From assembly GCA_000708835.1 (NCBI GenBank), contig DF237162.1, forward strand, positions 1 to 64,000: a stretch of DNA of 64,000 nucleotides, written 5' to 3'. Numbering within the stretch: the stretch's first letter is position 1; the number at the start of each line of letters is the position of its first letter. This document shows, in pieces, positions 1 through 12,500 of this stretch. This stretch comes from Klebsormidium nitens (taxonomy: Eukaryota; Plantae; Klebsormidiophyceae). Made by a program: the position numbers and the translations under genes. The notes below the pieces were generated by a model. It did no database searches. It was not told where the DNA came from and worked only from the letters and a program-made list of their open reading frames with translations.

Positions 1-1819
1 GAACCGGCGCTAGGCGCTCGAATGCTCTAGCTCCCTACGGACTACGGCGAAGGCAAAGGTGTTAAAGGCACTTGACACTGGCGCTAATGCTGGCGCATTG
101 AGGGTTTATATCGACTAATATAAAGTTGGCTCAGCCTTGGGTTAGGTCTCATGGATAACCATTTATTCTCGTAACCATAACCCGTTGGAGTTGCCACGTC
201 ATCCGGGTTTGGTTACAAAACTTGTTGACCCGGGTGTAGGTTCCTGAGCAGCATGCAAAGAGTGGTTGAACCCGTCACCTCAATGCCTCTGCTGGATTGT
301 AGGCGCATTTTCTGTTCTATTGCTGGATTGTGGCCGCGCGGCACCCATTGCTGTGAGTGCGAGTGCCAGCTGGTTTCTGAAGAGTAGATTGTTGTTTCTA
401 CTTGCAAGGCCCTTGTGCATCTGCTCATTCACCTACTCGTTAAGTCTACATGCTGAGAAGGGGTCTTGCCCTGGCCAATTGTCGAAAGCTTTGCAGCCAA
501 GGCCATGCATGCACCAAACGCTGAAGTTCACTACTCGATTTTTAGGGGTTGGTTGCATGCATCGACATCGAAGCTCGTGACAGCCTATCAGGCGAGCATC
601 TTGTAATGACGGACTTCAACTTGCTATTTCGACTCTGCAGGTTGTCCTGTCCACAGCGTTTAAAGCGCTGGACGAACAAGAGGAAAAGGAGAGAAAGGCG
701 AAGCAGCGGCAGAAGAAACTGAGAGCAAGTGAAGAGCAGAGAAGGTGCGGAGGGCGCAAGAGAAACGCAAACGAAGTTGGCAGGAGCAGGAGAAGGGGGC
801 ACAGGGTCCCCCGTCAAACAGAGCGCGGGAAGGAGGGGGAAAGGGGGGTCACAAAGGGGACGGAACTGTCAGGAAGCGGGGAATTAGACCTTCTGGGGAA
901 GGCGGCGTGGTCCCGTTCAAAGATGCTGGTGCGCACGGGGAAGGGCTGCAAGAGTGCGGGGTTTCAGAGCATGGCCCGCAGGCTGCTGTCAGTCCAAGGT
1001 CCGGGGATGACGGAGGAAAGATACAGAAACGGACGGACGACGGTACAGGGGCAGGGAATAGGCGTAGTCGCTTGGGTGCGTCCAAGGTGTGGTCCGGTCC
1101 GCAACTACGGGACAGCACTTTCAGTGCGGTTGCCAAAGGGTGCGGGGTTTCCGGTAAGGTTGAGAAGACGGACAGCCTGAAGTGGGCCGTGTTAGCGAGC
1201 AATGGGGATGGGGGAGGCGAAATCTTGGTGCGCCATAAGATTGGTGCACGGAGTCGGGGAGGCGCTGCCGTGGCAGGCAATGATGCATTGCATGACGAGG
1301 AGGCTTTGCGGGGGAAACGAATGAAGCGAGTAAACGTCCGGACAATGGAGGGGGCAGCGTCAAGGTTGAAAGGAGCGAACGGGGGTGCATCGGAAGGGGA
1401 CGTGCTACTAAGGCGAATTCAAGGTAGGAGGCCGCTGGCAATAGCAAATTCGGAGGTCTGCTACGGGAGGTGGGTTTACCTGCTGAAAAAGAGTTGTTAC
1501 GCTGATTTCGTCTATCCTGGAGACGGACGTCTAGGAATTCTTTCTTACTCATGCTGTCTGTCTTTCAAATTAAGCCTTTGCAGATCTACTGTTGCTCCGT
1601 TGCTGAAAGGCACGAACGTTTAGTGTTCAGGGCAGCGTTCCTTTTCGTCGGGGGTCAGGTAAACGTTTGAGTATCGGACATTCTGATGGTGATTCTTTCT
1701 TCAGCCGAATGGGGAAGCTCGCACTGGCTTCATTTGTCTTCCATCTTTACGACAAAGCTTTTGTTGTTTTCCCCCCCTACGTTCCCCAACCGCTCAAACC
1801 TTGCAACCATTCCTGGCAG

Positions 1820-2236
1820 GTTGGGCGATACGCTTGTCGCCACGAAGGTGGTGGATGCGGGGGATCCAGATTGGATGCCAGAAATCCTTAACGAAGGCCG
1901 CGCGTTAACCTCAGCCGGCTCCAGGGGACCATCTTGCCTCGGAAGATCTTCGAGGGTCCCATTAACGAAGGAATGGAGCAACTCTTGGTAACGGAGTATG
2001 TGCCCGGCAGAATGCTGGACACAGTCCGAATCACGGAGAAGACTGCCAAGAGCGCTAGGGAGGCTCTGAAGGCGATTCACAGCGCCGGGTTTGTACATGG
2101 GGACGTCGTGCCCCGGAATATTCTAGTCAAGGACGATGGAACGTGCGTATTCGTAGACCTTGGTAAGGCAAAGAAGGGGCAGAAATTGCGGGAATTCGAG
2201 GAAGAGCAAGCGCACCTAGAATACGCTCTGAGATAG
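1820..2236 (+). pseudogene. Atypical protein-kinase domain (Bud32/RIO/CRN-associated type), frameshifted; upstream exons unresolved
   Basis: After the acceptor ctggcag|1820 the frame reads RLGDTLVATKVVDAGDPDWMPEILNEGRA. A 1-nt shift near 1905-1915 then gives RLQGTILPRKIF...LVTEYVPG...IHSAGFVHGDVVPRNILV...VFVDLG (catalytic HGD-x4-N and DLG motifs), stop at 2236. This may be a pseudogene or an assembly indel. Confidence 0.65.
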
Positions 2237-3211
2237 GTTACAATCTACGGGGCCGACCCACTCCAATGTATATTGCGTACGAGCTTTCTGGTGCAGCCTA
2301 CAGTCACGAGAGATCAAGATGCTTGACCTAATCTCGACCTTGTATTACCGATTGATTACTTCAATGCCAAGGAGAAAGTTGTCAAATTGAGTGAGCGGCT
2401 CTGCTGATCTTCTTGTCTATATAATTGCATGTGACTGCAATGGGCGCCATTTGCTGGGGGTATGGTGAGTATACATGCACGTGTTACACGCTCCCGATAG
2501 CCAATTGCGTGCACAGTCCCCGGCCAATGATTTATATCATGCAAGACAAACGTACTAGCTCGATTACGTACAGACTCAAATCAACATTAAATTGAACATG
2601 TTCGCTCTGCTAGCTTTCAAGTTTCTTAATCGTGCAAATGCTATAGCAGCGGCATGAACAAGTAAGGCCCACGCTTGCAGCGTTTCATGACCTCATTACC
2701 TTTAAAGCTCATGCGATGGCACATGCCGGTACGTGGCAGAACAGAACGACCGCGACGTGGACTTTGGACTTACTGCATAAAAGTGTCGGATATGCGTTCA
2801 ACGTCAAATCGTGCTCTGTCCGGCTTGGCATGTCCAACTTGATCTCCGGCATAACAAGTCGACCGCAGGTACGATACATTCATGCAATCTAGATTATTGC
2901 GCGGAGTCGCCGAGCCCAGGCTGTCAGGCGAGAAGAGCATGGGAAGCCGAGGCTTCATAATGACGGCCATGGCGTCTCCACTTTGATGAATTCTACTAAA
3001 GATCTTACATCAAATCAAAAGCCGAGACACTCCCCATTTTTTGATACCGGAGTGCTGGTTGAATACCAGACCACATTGTAATCATCCTTGCGATCAGTGT
3101 TACCGAGACAATCTGAACATGGCCTGGACTGCAAACAACTAGCCTCTCGGCCCGAAGCAGGCCTTCTAGAATTCCTCGACAAAAATGACCATTGCGTCCT
3201 TCAAGGCGGCT

Positions 3212-5811
3212 TCATTGGAGGTACGTCTCGACGTCGTTCTCGTCGTACGGGATCGGCGGCCCGCTTTCGGACAGCTGCGGCGAGGGCGCGGACATCTGGT
3301 GCTTCGGACGCTTGTTGTGGTGCGTCCCCGGTTTGGGGCCCGGTTTTCGGCCCTTGGCACTGCAGCCGGCAGAATTAACAGCGTTCAGACGGGTTCAGAG
3401 CGGGAACAGCATATTCAGACGCTGAAGATAGCGCAGGCGTCGATCTGCCAAAAAGGATCGGTCCCCAGCTTGGGACTCGGTTCTGGAGAGTGAAAGCACC
3501 TCAACGACTCCAGTGAAAGCACGATTACCGTTCGTCGGAGATGTCCCTTGATCACTCCAATGGAGAGCTGAATTGTGAAAGAAGGAACACGCAGCCTTTC
3601 CCTTGCTTATTCGCGAGAAGTACGAATGAACAGCGAAATCGGCTCTTCGGTAGAGAACAAAAATGCAGCAAAAACCTTCAACGACCAGCCTGAACGAGCT
3701 TCCTCAATCGCCCACATGAGCATCCGAGCTGCAGAACTTGCAGGTGCGCTCATTACAAGCAGAGAAGCACGATAGGCCTCCGTAAAACTAATCTGCACGG
3801 ACCCTCGACGTTTCGCTCAACATAGCTGTCAGACTCTTGAGAATAATTGCTAGAAATGGGGTTGGCTTGGACCACCCGCTAGAAGAGCAGCAAAAAAGGA
3901 GGAGGGGATCTCACGTTCCACTCCCCGGCAATAAGCCTTTCGGTCGCTGCCCCTTTTCTATCTGCTCGAGCTTACTCTCTGCAGAGGAAGGAGGGACCTG
4001 ATCAGGTCGAGGCAGAGGAACGGGTAACTTCGAGGTCACCCTCACACCCAACTTCGCGAGATGGTAGTTCTCGTTTGTAGAGAGAGGACAATGCCAACGG
4101 CATATGAAGGGTGCTTCCTCTCCTTGTGTCTTAGTGAGATCGTTGGGATTCACTCTGTTCAGATCGTCTGCAGGTCCGCAAGTTAGAGGCAATCAACTGG
4201 TTCCTCGATACACAAGGTTCGGGAAAACAGCAATCACAGGCGTTTGCAGAACGGCCCTCACCTTCTCTTGCGGCCTCAAGCTCTTGTACCTGTAACCAGC
4301 AAATCAGGGCGATCATTTGTGCTTCATTTTTCATTTCTCAAAGCAGAAAAACACCTGTCCTTTGCAAACGGAAAGGGAGCAATGAGTGGTCATACCATTG
4401 GTTCAATTGAGTCCTTGTGAGTGCTCATGGTCCTTTGGCCCTAAGGCTCAGCAAATGTGCACGAAGTTCGATTACAGAGGGCTCTTCCTCACAGAAGCGT
4501 ACTTACTGAAACTGGGTAAGTGAGATGTACCGATGCGATACATTTACTAAGAGCGCAGATTGCTGTCGGAGGTATGATAATTTTTTACATAAGTGGTCTT
4601 GCATCAGAGCATGCCCTTTTTTGGGAAGATGGGTCCTCTGACGAGTCCACTGGTTCTCCTTCGGTAGTTCTCAATGAAGCATGTGGCCGTTTTTAGGAGA
4701 GTTTCTGACGAAACGTTCTTTATCGGACTAGATTGGGGGCAGGCTTTTGCGCAGGTTCTTACTGCGGGAGAAGTTATTGACGACAGCGAGAACAACCGGT
4801 CCTCCACTTTGAAGCCCCTTGACCGCTTGCTGCAGGAAAGTCGCAGGTGTCACCTTGATCCAACGAAGGCTGGGCACATGCAATTGCAGCAGCACTGAAC
4901 GCAAGGCCATTTTCCCCTCCGAATGCTGTCATCGACGATCATCGACGACCAAGCAAGACTGAGATTTGCGATGCGGCTCCAAAATGAAGATGGTGAAAGC
5001 TTGTCACCAACCAACTTTTTAGGGTGGTGGAAAGCTTTAAGTTTCCCCCCCTGCTCTCCCTCAACTCCTACTGTGAACTATTCAAGCCAGAAGAAGCTGC
5101 GTGACGGATTTTTGGTTGTACCGGAGCACCGCAGCATCTGCTCACCTGACCGATTTGGAGTTTGACAGGAAGCCATCAAACCCCTTGAGTACGTTGCCGG
5201 TCGAGCTTGAAGTATCAAGGTAGGTAGTCTCCAGGTCATACACCTGGCGAAAAAGAAGCAAGTAGGCAGCTACTCGGGCATATCATAATTGGAAATCTTA
5301 TATGTTCTCGTGGTGTGTCTGGAGGATATGAGGTGGTGGTAAACTTCTTGGGACTAGTCTTTTGCACAATTTGGAAGTTTCGAATAGATTTGAAACAATA
5401 CTTTGGAAACAATCAGAACGCAGTGTCATGTCACCAGCTGGAAGGCGCATGGTGGTGGTAAGTTTGTGGTGTCCGCCAAGTTCGTTCATGAAAGCTTGAA
5501 CCATACGTGCTACAAGACGTGCACCAAGATCGTCATAAGCATGTGCACTGAAGTCTCTAGTAGGCAAGCTTTACCTGCCTGAGATGGACGTTTTCATGAT
5601 TGCAACCTTTCAATCTGGCCAATCAAATCATCATCCATCTGTGCTTAGAAAGTTCACCACGCTTTTAGAGAATGTCATAGCCGGTGGAATGTTTTCACAC
5701 CTGCTTCTCCACCCCTCGCAGCTCATCTTCCAGCTTCTCCTTCTTCTGCATCAGAAGGGTGAGAGTGCTCTGACCGGTGCCCGCTCCTGGCGCCCGAGCT
5801 GCTGATGTCAT
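3212..5811 (-). CDS. EAF6: Chromatin modification-related protein EAF6/MEAF6 (NuA4 subunit), 6 exons
   Basis: GT-AG exons 5811-5701, 5243-5146, 4829-4763, 4289-4262, about 3978-3917 and about 3359-3212 splice in frame. Product: MTSAARAPG...KKEKLEDELRGVEKQ|VYDLETTYLDTSSSTGNVLKGFDGFLSNSKSV|SKRSRGFKVEDRLFSLSSITSPA..., matching the EAF6 signatures GNxLKGFxGFL and EDRxFSLSS. TGA at 3212-3214. Confidence 0.92.
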
Positions 5812-6508
5812 GCTGCCGTCGCTATTATCTACAGGATATCAGCAGGCCATGCCACCTTTTAGGACCCATCACAGCATTGCCCTGAACCTTCTTAGCCACT
5901 GCCCCCTGGCACGTATCCAATCTGGCGTCGTTGCAAGCTTTCAAATGCAGCGATTCAACTTGCACGAGCAGAGGGACAGGAGAGCCGCAGGATGGATTTC
6001 AAGTGGATGATTCCAGGGCCAGAATGAAAGCACAGGGCGCTCTTTGCAACTTGGAGAAAATCATTTGCATTCCTAAAGTTTTTCTGGACAGCTCAAACCC
6101 TAATCCACGCTACATATGTAGAGCTCTGTGCAGGGAAGCAAGCTGCAAAACTTGCGTCAACGAAGGGCTTAAACCGCTGGGTTCGGAACATAGCCCTTCA
6201 ATCATTATCGTCGATCGTAGTCATCGAACGGTCAGGATCGCGCAAAACTGGCGCGAATGGTTAGGTGCTGAGCTTCAAATTTTGACCCATGGGGGCCCAT
6301 AATCCAGGGGCTCCAGCTCGAAGTTGTGGTGTAAGAAATGCTTGTATTGAACGTCTGTCTCACTTGAACTCGAAGCAAAGCCGAAGAAGCTTATCAAACC
6401 CCTATTGGCATGGTGTACGGGCTGCATTGCATGCTCTTGATGATTTAGAGAGAGATATTATGCAGTGGAGCGGGTGGCTTTTGCTGTAGATCAGCGTGTG
6501 CTTGGAAG

Positions 6509-9500
6509 ATGGAGGAACCAGACTTTGACGAGCTGGAATGGATGGCCCAGGGAGAGTTTCCTGACGAGGAAGATTTCGAGCCTCCGGAGGACCTGGACGA
6601 ATTTGAGGGTGTGTTTGCAATAGATCTCACTTTAGTCTTAGAACTGCACTTGGTCCTCTCCAGCAATTTGCCCATTAGTCTTCTGTGGAAAAACATCCAT
6701 GCTTTCTCTGAGAAAGCTCCTCCTCGTGCTTAGTGGGCCAATTCAGCTTGCGTTTTGAAAATGTTTTTGGTTCTGATTGGATTGAATGCCAATCGACTTT
6801 AGTAGTCCCCCAGAATTGACCTTTACAACCAAATGGCCCTGTCTTTTCTTGCCAATTTCTGAGGGACCACCTGGAGTAAGTAGAAGGGACTGGTGATCCA
6901 ACTGTTGCTCAACCCAGTTGATTATCATGAGCATGATTTGATATGCTGTTGCAGAGGTGGTGGACACATCCAAAAAGCGAGCAGCGGACGGCCAACCTGA
7001 GAGTAAACCCCCAGTTGTGCTGAATGGTAAGGAAACTCTGCCCTGCTACAGTAGACTATGCCGAGTAGTTTATGAATCGTGAATCGTGGGGTCGGCTCTA
7101 CAACTTGTGAGAGCTATGATGGATTCACCACCAATTGAAAGGAAGCATGGGACCGTTGGCAACCTGCTTCAACGTTCTGCACAGATGTCCTGCTGATTAG
7201 CAGCACAGACAGAATGGAGAACTAGCTTGCAACGCTCAAAGTAAGCGAGGCTCATGGTAACTGATCAATGCAGCACCGGGGAGGGGCACCCCAGTGAAAC
7301 AGATGGCAGACAAACACACTGAACATGTTTCTTGTGGTGACCATCTTGATCAAACCAGAATAAGATGAGGACTTTCTGTTGCACGGCAGGCCTCCCAAAG
7401 AAGCCCCGAACGGAGGAACCCCCAGGCCCTTCCCAGACGGGGGCTCCAAAAGCTAGAGCCTGGTCCCCCCCGCGGCCAACATTCGATGAGCCTGCACCAG
7501 ATGAGGTTCCAAGCACGAGCGGTAGACAGGAGAGGGCGTGGTCACCACCGCGGCCCCCGTCTGGAAGGGGGGATGGCGCATGGTCTCCACCGAGGCCCCC
7601 CCCTGCAGAGGATACAGGTGAAGCGGATGGATCCCTGATGCATTGAGGGTCGTGGGCCTCTCATGAGAGGCCCCTCATGGCGCCCCCGTGAAAAGTGGGG
7701 GCTCTTGTTGCGGCGTTAGTGTGGGCCTCTCTTCCTGGTGGTGACTTGATTGGATGCATCCTTACAGAGGCAGTTTGAGCAAAGCTGTATCGTCTCAAAT
7801 CTTTGTGTGAAACACCCAGCAGGCGGCCCCCCAAGCAGGCTTGCAGTTCACAACTGCCTAGAGCATATAAAATCAAGTTCTGACAAACATAAGGAAAGAG
7901 GGGAACAAAAAGGAGAAGTCAACGATACTTCTGTTGCCTCTGCAGGCTCGCCTTCGACGAGCGCCCGTCCCACATCTCCCCCCCCAGCCAAGAAGCTGTC
8001 CCGCATCGCAGCCGAGATCGAGGGCGACTGCATGCCAATCACGGGGCCGACTGGCGAGCGGGTTTACGCACAGTTGGATGGTGGAGGGGGGTCCAGAGTG
8101 ACCAGTGCAAGGCAGTTGCGAGAGCTGTTTAAAGCGCCTGGGGACAAAAGTGAGGGGCTTGGAGGGAAGCCGTTGCTAGGGGAGCCGATTGAGAAGTTGA
8201 TGGAGAGGATCGAGCAGGAAAGGCTGGAGCAAGCGATCAAGGTGAGCGGCGGGCAAACAGGAGGTGCCAAAGGAAAACGGCGAAGGAAACAAAGACAAAG
8301 TCGTAGAGCATGTTGGTGTGCAGGAATTCGGTAAGGTTTAGAATTCGATTGCTGGCCCCAGTTGCTGGCCCCAGAGACTTTCAAAGCATTAATATTTTGT
8401 TCGGATTGGCCCCTTTCACTTCCCCGCCTGGCACCTACAGAGAGAGGCCGTTTTTCAAGTAAACAACAAAAGCGTGTGCTGCTTTCACTCCTGCAAGTCT
8501 CTTCGACATCTCAAGATAGGTCGCATTGATTTCATTGCGCCAAACTTCATTACATCCCTTGCGAAAGTTCATATTAGTTGAATTCAGATTCAGTTGCGAA
8601 GCTTAGACAACGCGACAATCGCCTTTCTCAGGACTCGGAGGTGCTGGCGCAGAAGCTGCAGGCTGCGTCCGAGACCGACGTCGAGATGTCGGACGGTCCG
8701 CAGGAGGAGATGCTCTGGGTGGATAAGTACGCCCCGCGCGCATTCACCGAGCTGCTGAGCGACGAGCAAACCAACCGGGAGGTCAGAGAGCGGACGATCT
8801 GTTTGCTTTGTGAAAACGGAAACAGGATCTTCGAGAACGGAAACGCAATCTCCGCATTCTTATCGTCTGAATGCGTCGCTTCCCGTTTTGAGCTACGGAT
8901 GGAGCCTGTTACACTAGGGTGTCGCTGGATCCAGTAACTGGAGCAGGCCGACTAAACAACTTTTTAGACGAAAGTAAGGTCACTTAGGGGTTAAATTCAA
9001 TGCAACCTTGAAATGTGCGCGTTATCCTTGGGCACATTGGTACTTGTCAACATTATCTCCAGGACTGCAGAGCATTACAAAGATCAACCTTGAAGGGAGG
9101 CGGGTCGAACTGGATGTCTTCTTCGATATTCATATTGAGAACTAACACTTCCAGATTTCAGGCAGGAAGGTCGCCTTGTGTAGCCTTGGCCTAGACCAGC
9201 TCTTACTTCGACGTCATTCACATGGTGATTGGAAACTAGTCGCTGGACGACATATACGCTGTTCTGTTTTTCTTTCTGGGTTCGGTCTGCTTACATAGAT
9301 ATAACCGAAAGAACGACGGTTTCCGGTCTCCTTGTGGACTTTTACTACTTTCTGTGCATGCCAAGCTCCTGAATCCTAATTTTGGACGAAAACCAAACAG
9401 TTCGGTAATGTGCGGCTTAACATGTTCGAACTCCGCTGAACCTTGCTTCTTCTTTTCTCCCAGGTTCTGCGTTGGATAAAGGAATGGGACCCCTGCGTCT

Positions 9501-12500
9501 TCCACCGCCCCTCCCGGCCCCCGACCTCCTTCGTAGCCCACGCCCCAGTCGCTTCCTACCGGGGAGGCTTCACCGCTCGAGGGGGCAGAAACAGCACGGG
9601 GCTTCAGCCCGGGGGAAGGGGGGGGGACCGTCCCGACTGGAAACATCTGAAGGAGGCAAAGTTTCAGGGGCGCGGAAGGGGGTTTGGTGAGCAGCAGAAT
9701 GGGGGCAGAGGGGGAGGGAGGGGTTTCGGTGAGCAGCAGAATGGGGGCAGAGGGGGAGGAAGGGGTTTTGGTGACGCCCTGCAAGCGCCTGTTTTCAAGA
9801 AGCCGAGCGATGGGAGGCCGGAGCAGAAAGTGAGCTTCATTCGTTGCCCTATCAAGTTCTTGGGTGGTCAGATGTTAAAATTGGTCCAGCAACGGAGTTT
9901 CCAGGATTTTAAAAGATGCGTCAGGGGTTTAAAAGTTCGCGCCAAGAGTAGAAGTGGCGTCTGCTTTGCCCTCTGGTTTCTTTTCCCCGGCAAGAAATTC
10001 AAGATTCGGATAATTCCCAGGGCAGAGGCTGTGCGGGAAGCCCATTCGATGGCTTCAAAAGCAGAAGATTTGCGTCATTTCCCGCTCCTTACGCCAACTC
10101 ATGTCGGAGCGATCGAGGTCAGCGAAAACAAAGCGATGACAAAAGTGAGACAATGCTGGTTCCAAAACCCTTATCTTGGTGGAGAGAAAAGAGTTTTTTA
10201 CCCAAACCGTTTTTCAAGATCAAAAGATGCTGACACGTGGACATTCTCCAGGTGCTGCTGCTGTGCGGGGCGCCGGGCCTGGGGAAGACGACGCTCGCCC
10301 ACGTGGCGGCTCATCATTGCGGATACCGGGTCGTCGAGGTGAAGTGGCAATCTGCTAGTGCAATCTGTATCAAAGGCGTGCAGAAATGTTATCGAGTACT
10401 GCACCTTCGATGACTTGAGTCCTTGACGTCACTTTTCAGAGGTGTATATGGCACCTCTTGGCGACAAATAAATCTCTTTGCACCAAAAGTCTAGCCCCTG
10501 GAGGCCTAGAATTGTGGAAGCAAAACCAGGTCTCCCGGAGAGCTAAGGCGCATCGTGCGATCCCTAATACAGGTGAACGCGAGCGACGACCGCAGTGCGA
10601 ACTCTCTCAAGCAGCGCATCCTGGACGCAGTGCAGATGCAACCGGTCATGGGCGACCGGCGGCCCAACTGCCTGGTGAGAATACGCTCCTGGATATAGAC
10701 CAAAGCCACGTGGACCCATGTCTTAGGCTGTAAGATGCTTTCCAATGAGAGTGGGTTTCTATTTATGAAGATATGCAGTTGCTGGAAGCTGCACGCCTCG
10801 GTTCAAACTGTGCAGCTGCGACCGCATGGAAGTACATGCTCGAAATGTGCTTGATTCATGTAATGACCGTTGTTGGGCCCGCCACTTTTGCGTCTGTCGA
10901 GTGCCCTGAACGGGTGTGAAGACTCCCTCTCTGTCTTACGCCCAGGTCATTGACGAGATCGATGGCGCGTTGAACGGGGCGGAGGGGAAAGGTGCAATCG
11001 ACGCGCTTCTGGCGATCGTAAGTGGTTCCGTGTACCAGCCTCTGCACCTCTGCACATTTGACTTCCACAGAAGCGTTTGGCCTGCAGCGCGCTGATTGTC
11101 CCACTCAAGGAATTAGCAATACTTTCAAACCACAGCAATCGTTGCGATTGGTGCCACGGACCCGTGAACGGGACAGCGGTCTCAGGCTCGTTCGCCCTCT
11201 CTTGCCAATCCAAGAAGAGAATCTCTCACATCGCCGTTCGTCATGTCTCTTCGCTTTAATCTCTTCTAGCCTGACTCATCAGCTGAGTTGGCAGTGCGCG
11301 GAAACGGCGAGACAATGACTACTTTGGGCACACCTTCTTGCCGCTGTAACGACCACGTGCCTCGAAGTAACTGCTTCACGATTGAAACGAGTCCGACGCG
11401 GCGCTTGGGCTGTTCATCCCTTCTGCAATCCAGATTGAGGACGACAGCTCATTTTACTCTTTGCCTGTAGGTAAATGCCGGCGCATCTGGCAGCAGAGAC
11501 TCGGACAAGGATGCAGACGAGGCGGGGGGCAATCACTTGGCGCCCAGCAAGAAGAAGAAAAAGAAGGGCGCCGTCAAGAAGCTCTCCCGGCCGGTCAGTG
11601 GCTCGTTCCCTAAGCTCAAGCCTATCCTCTCTTTGGTTCCCACCAAAAGTGATTGTCCCCTGTGACGAAAACGTGGCAACGTCAGACGTGCTCGGTCGGA
11701 GGGCGATGCGCGTTTTAGAAGGCGCCTCTGGCCTTGCCGTGAATCTGGAACCCTTGCCACTTGATGATGATGATTGCGCGTCGTGAAATCTTGCCAAATT
11801 GCAACAACACCTTCTGCAGTGAAAGGGAGCATAAAATTGGTACGGAGTCGAAAAACGCGGTAGACCGGGAGCTGCTGTCAGTAGTCTCTGTTTCCTTTCT
11901 TCTCAAAGACACTGGCAAATGTGCTTGACAAATGCCAGACCAGCCGTCTTTCTCTCGTAACAACGCTCTGGAAGCCCCTCTGCATTTGGAGGAAATCCCT
12001 CAAACCGTCCTGTTTGAGAGTGCGACGTATTCTTTTCTGTACCTGATGGATTGTGCAACATATCCGGCTGTTGACCTTTTTCAGAGGTTTGAGAGATGCT
12101 TGGTATCAGTAGTCCTAGGAACCGCTCGCTCACCAGGACCGTCAACCCATCCAGAACCCGTCCGGCTAAGATTCTCCTCGACATGATCAGATTCAGGCTC
12201 AAACGACAAAGAGCCTGAGTATCAGATACTTTTCCAACCAGCTGTTTTTCTTGCAAATGTGGCTCCAGGTGATCTGCATTTGCAACGACATGTACGCGCC
12301 CGCGCTCCGGCAACTGCGACAAGTCGCCAAGTAAGTCCCAGGTCTCACCGATCTATTGTCTTCTTCTGGACTCGCTTTCTCGTCACTGTTAAAATAACGG
12401 TGTAAGTAAAGGACGACGCTTCTGGCGCTTCTCATCCGTGTCCGTTGTCTGCCGATGCAAATCCATCATATTGGTCTTCAGCGTCTTTCTAGGATGGGCG

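Noticed and set aside
745-1623. 292-aa G/R/K-rich ORF and its overlapping ORFs
   Set aside because: Low complexity, no motif; probably degraded upstream sequence of the kinase locus.
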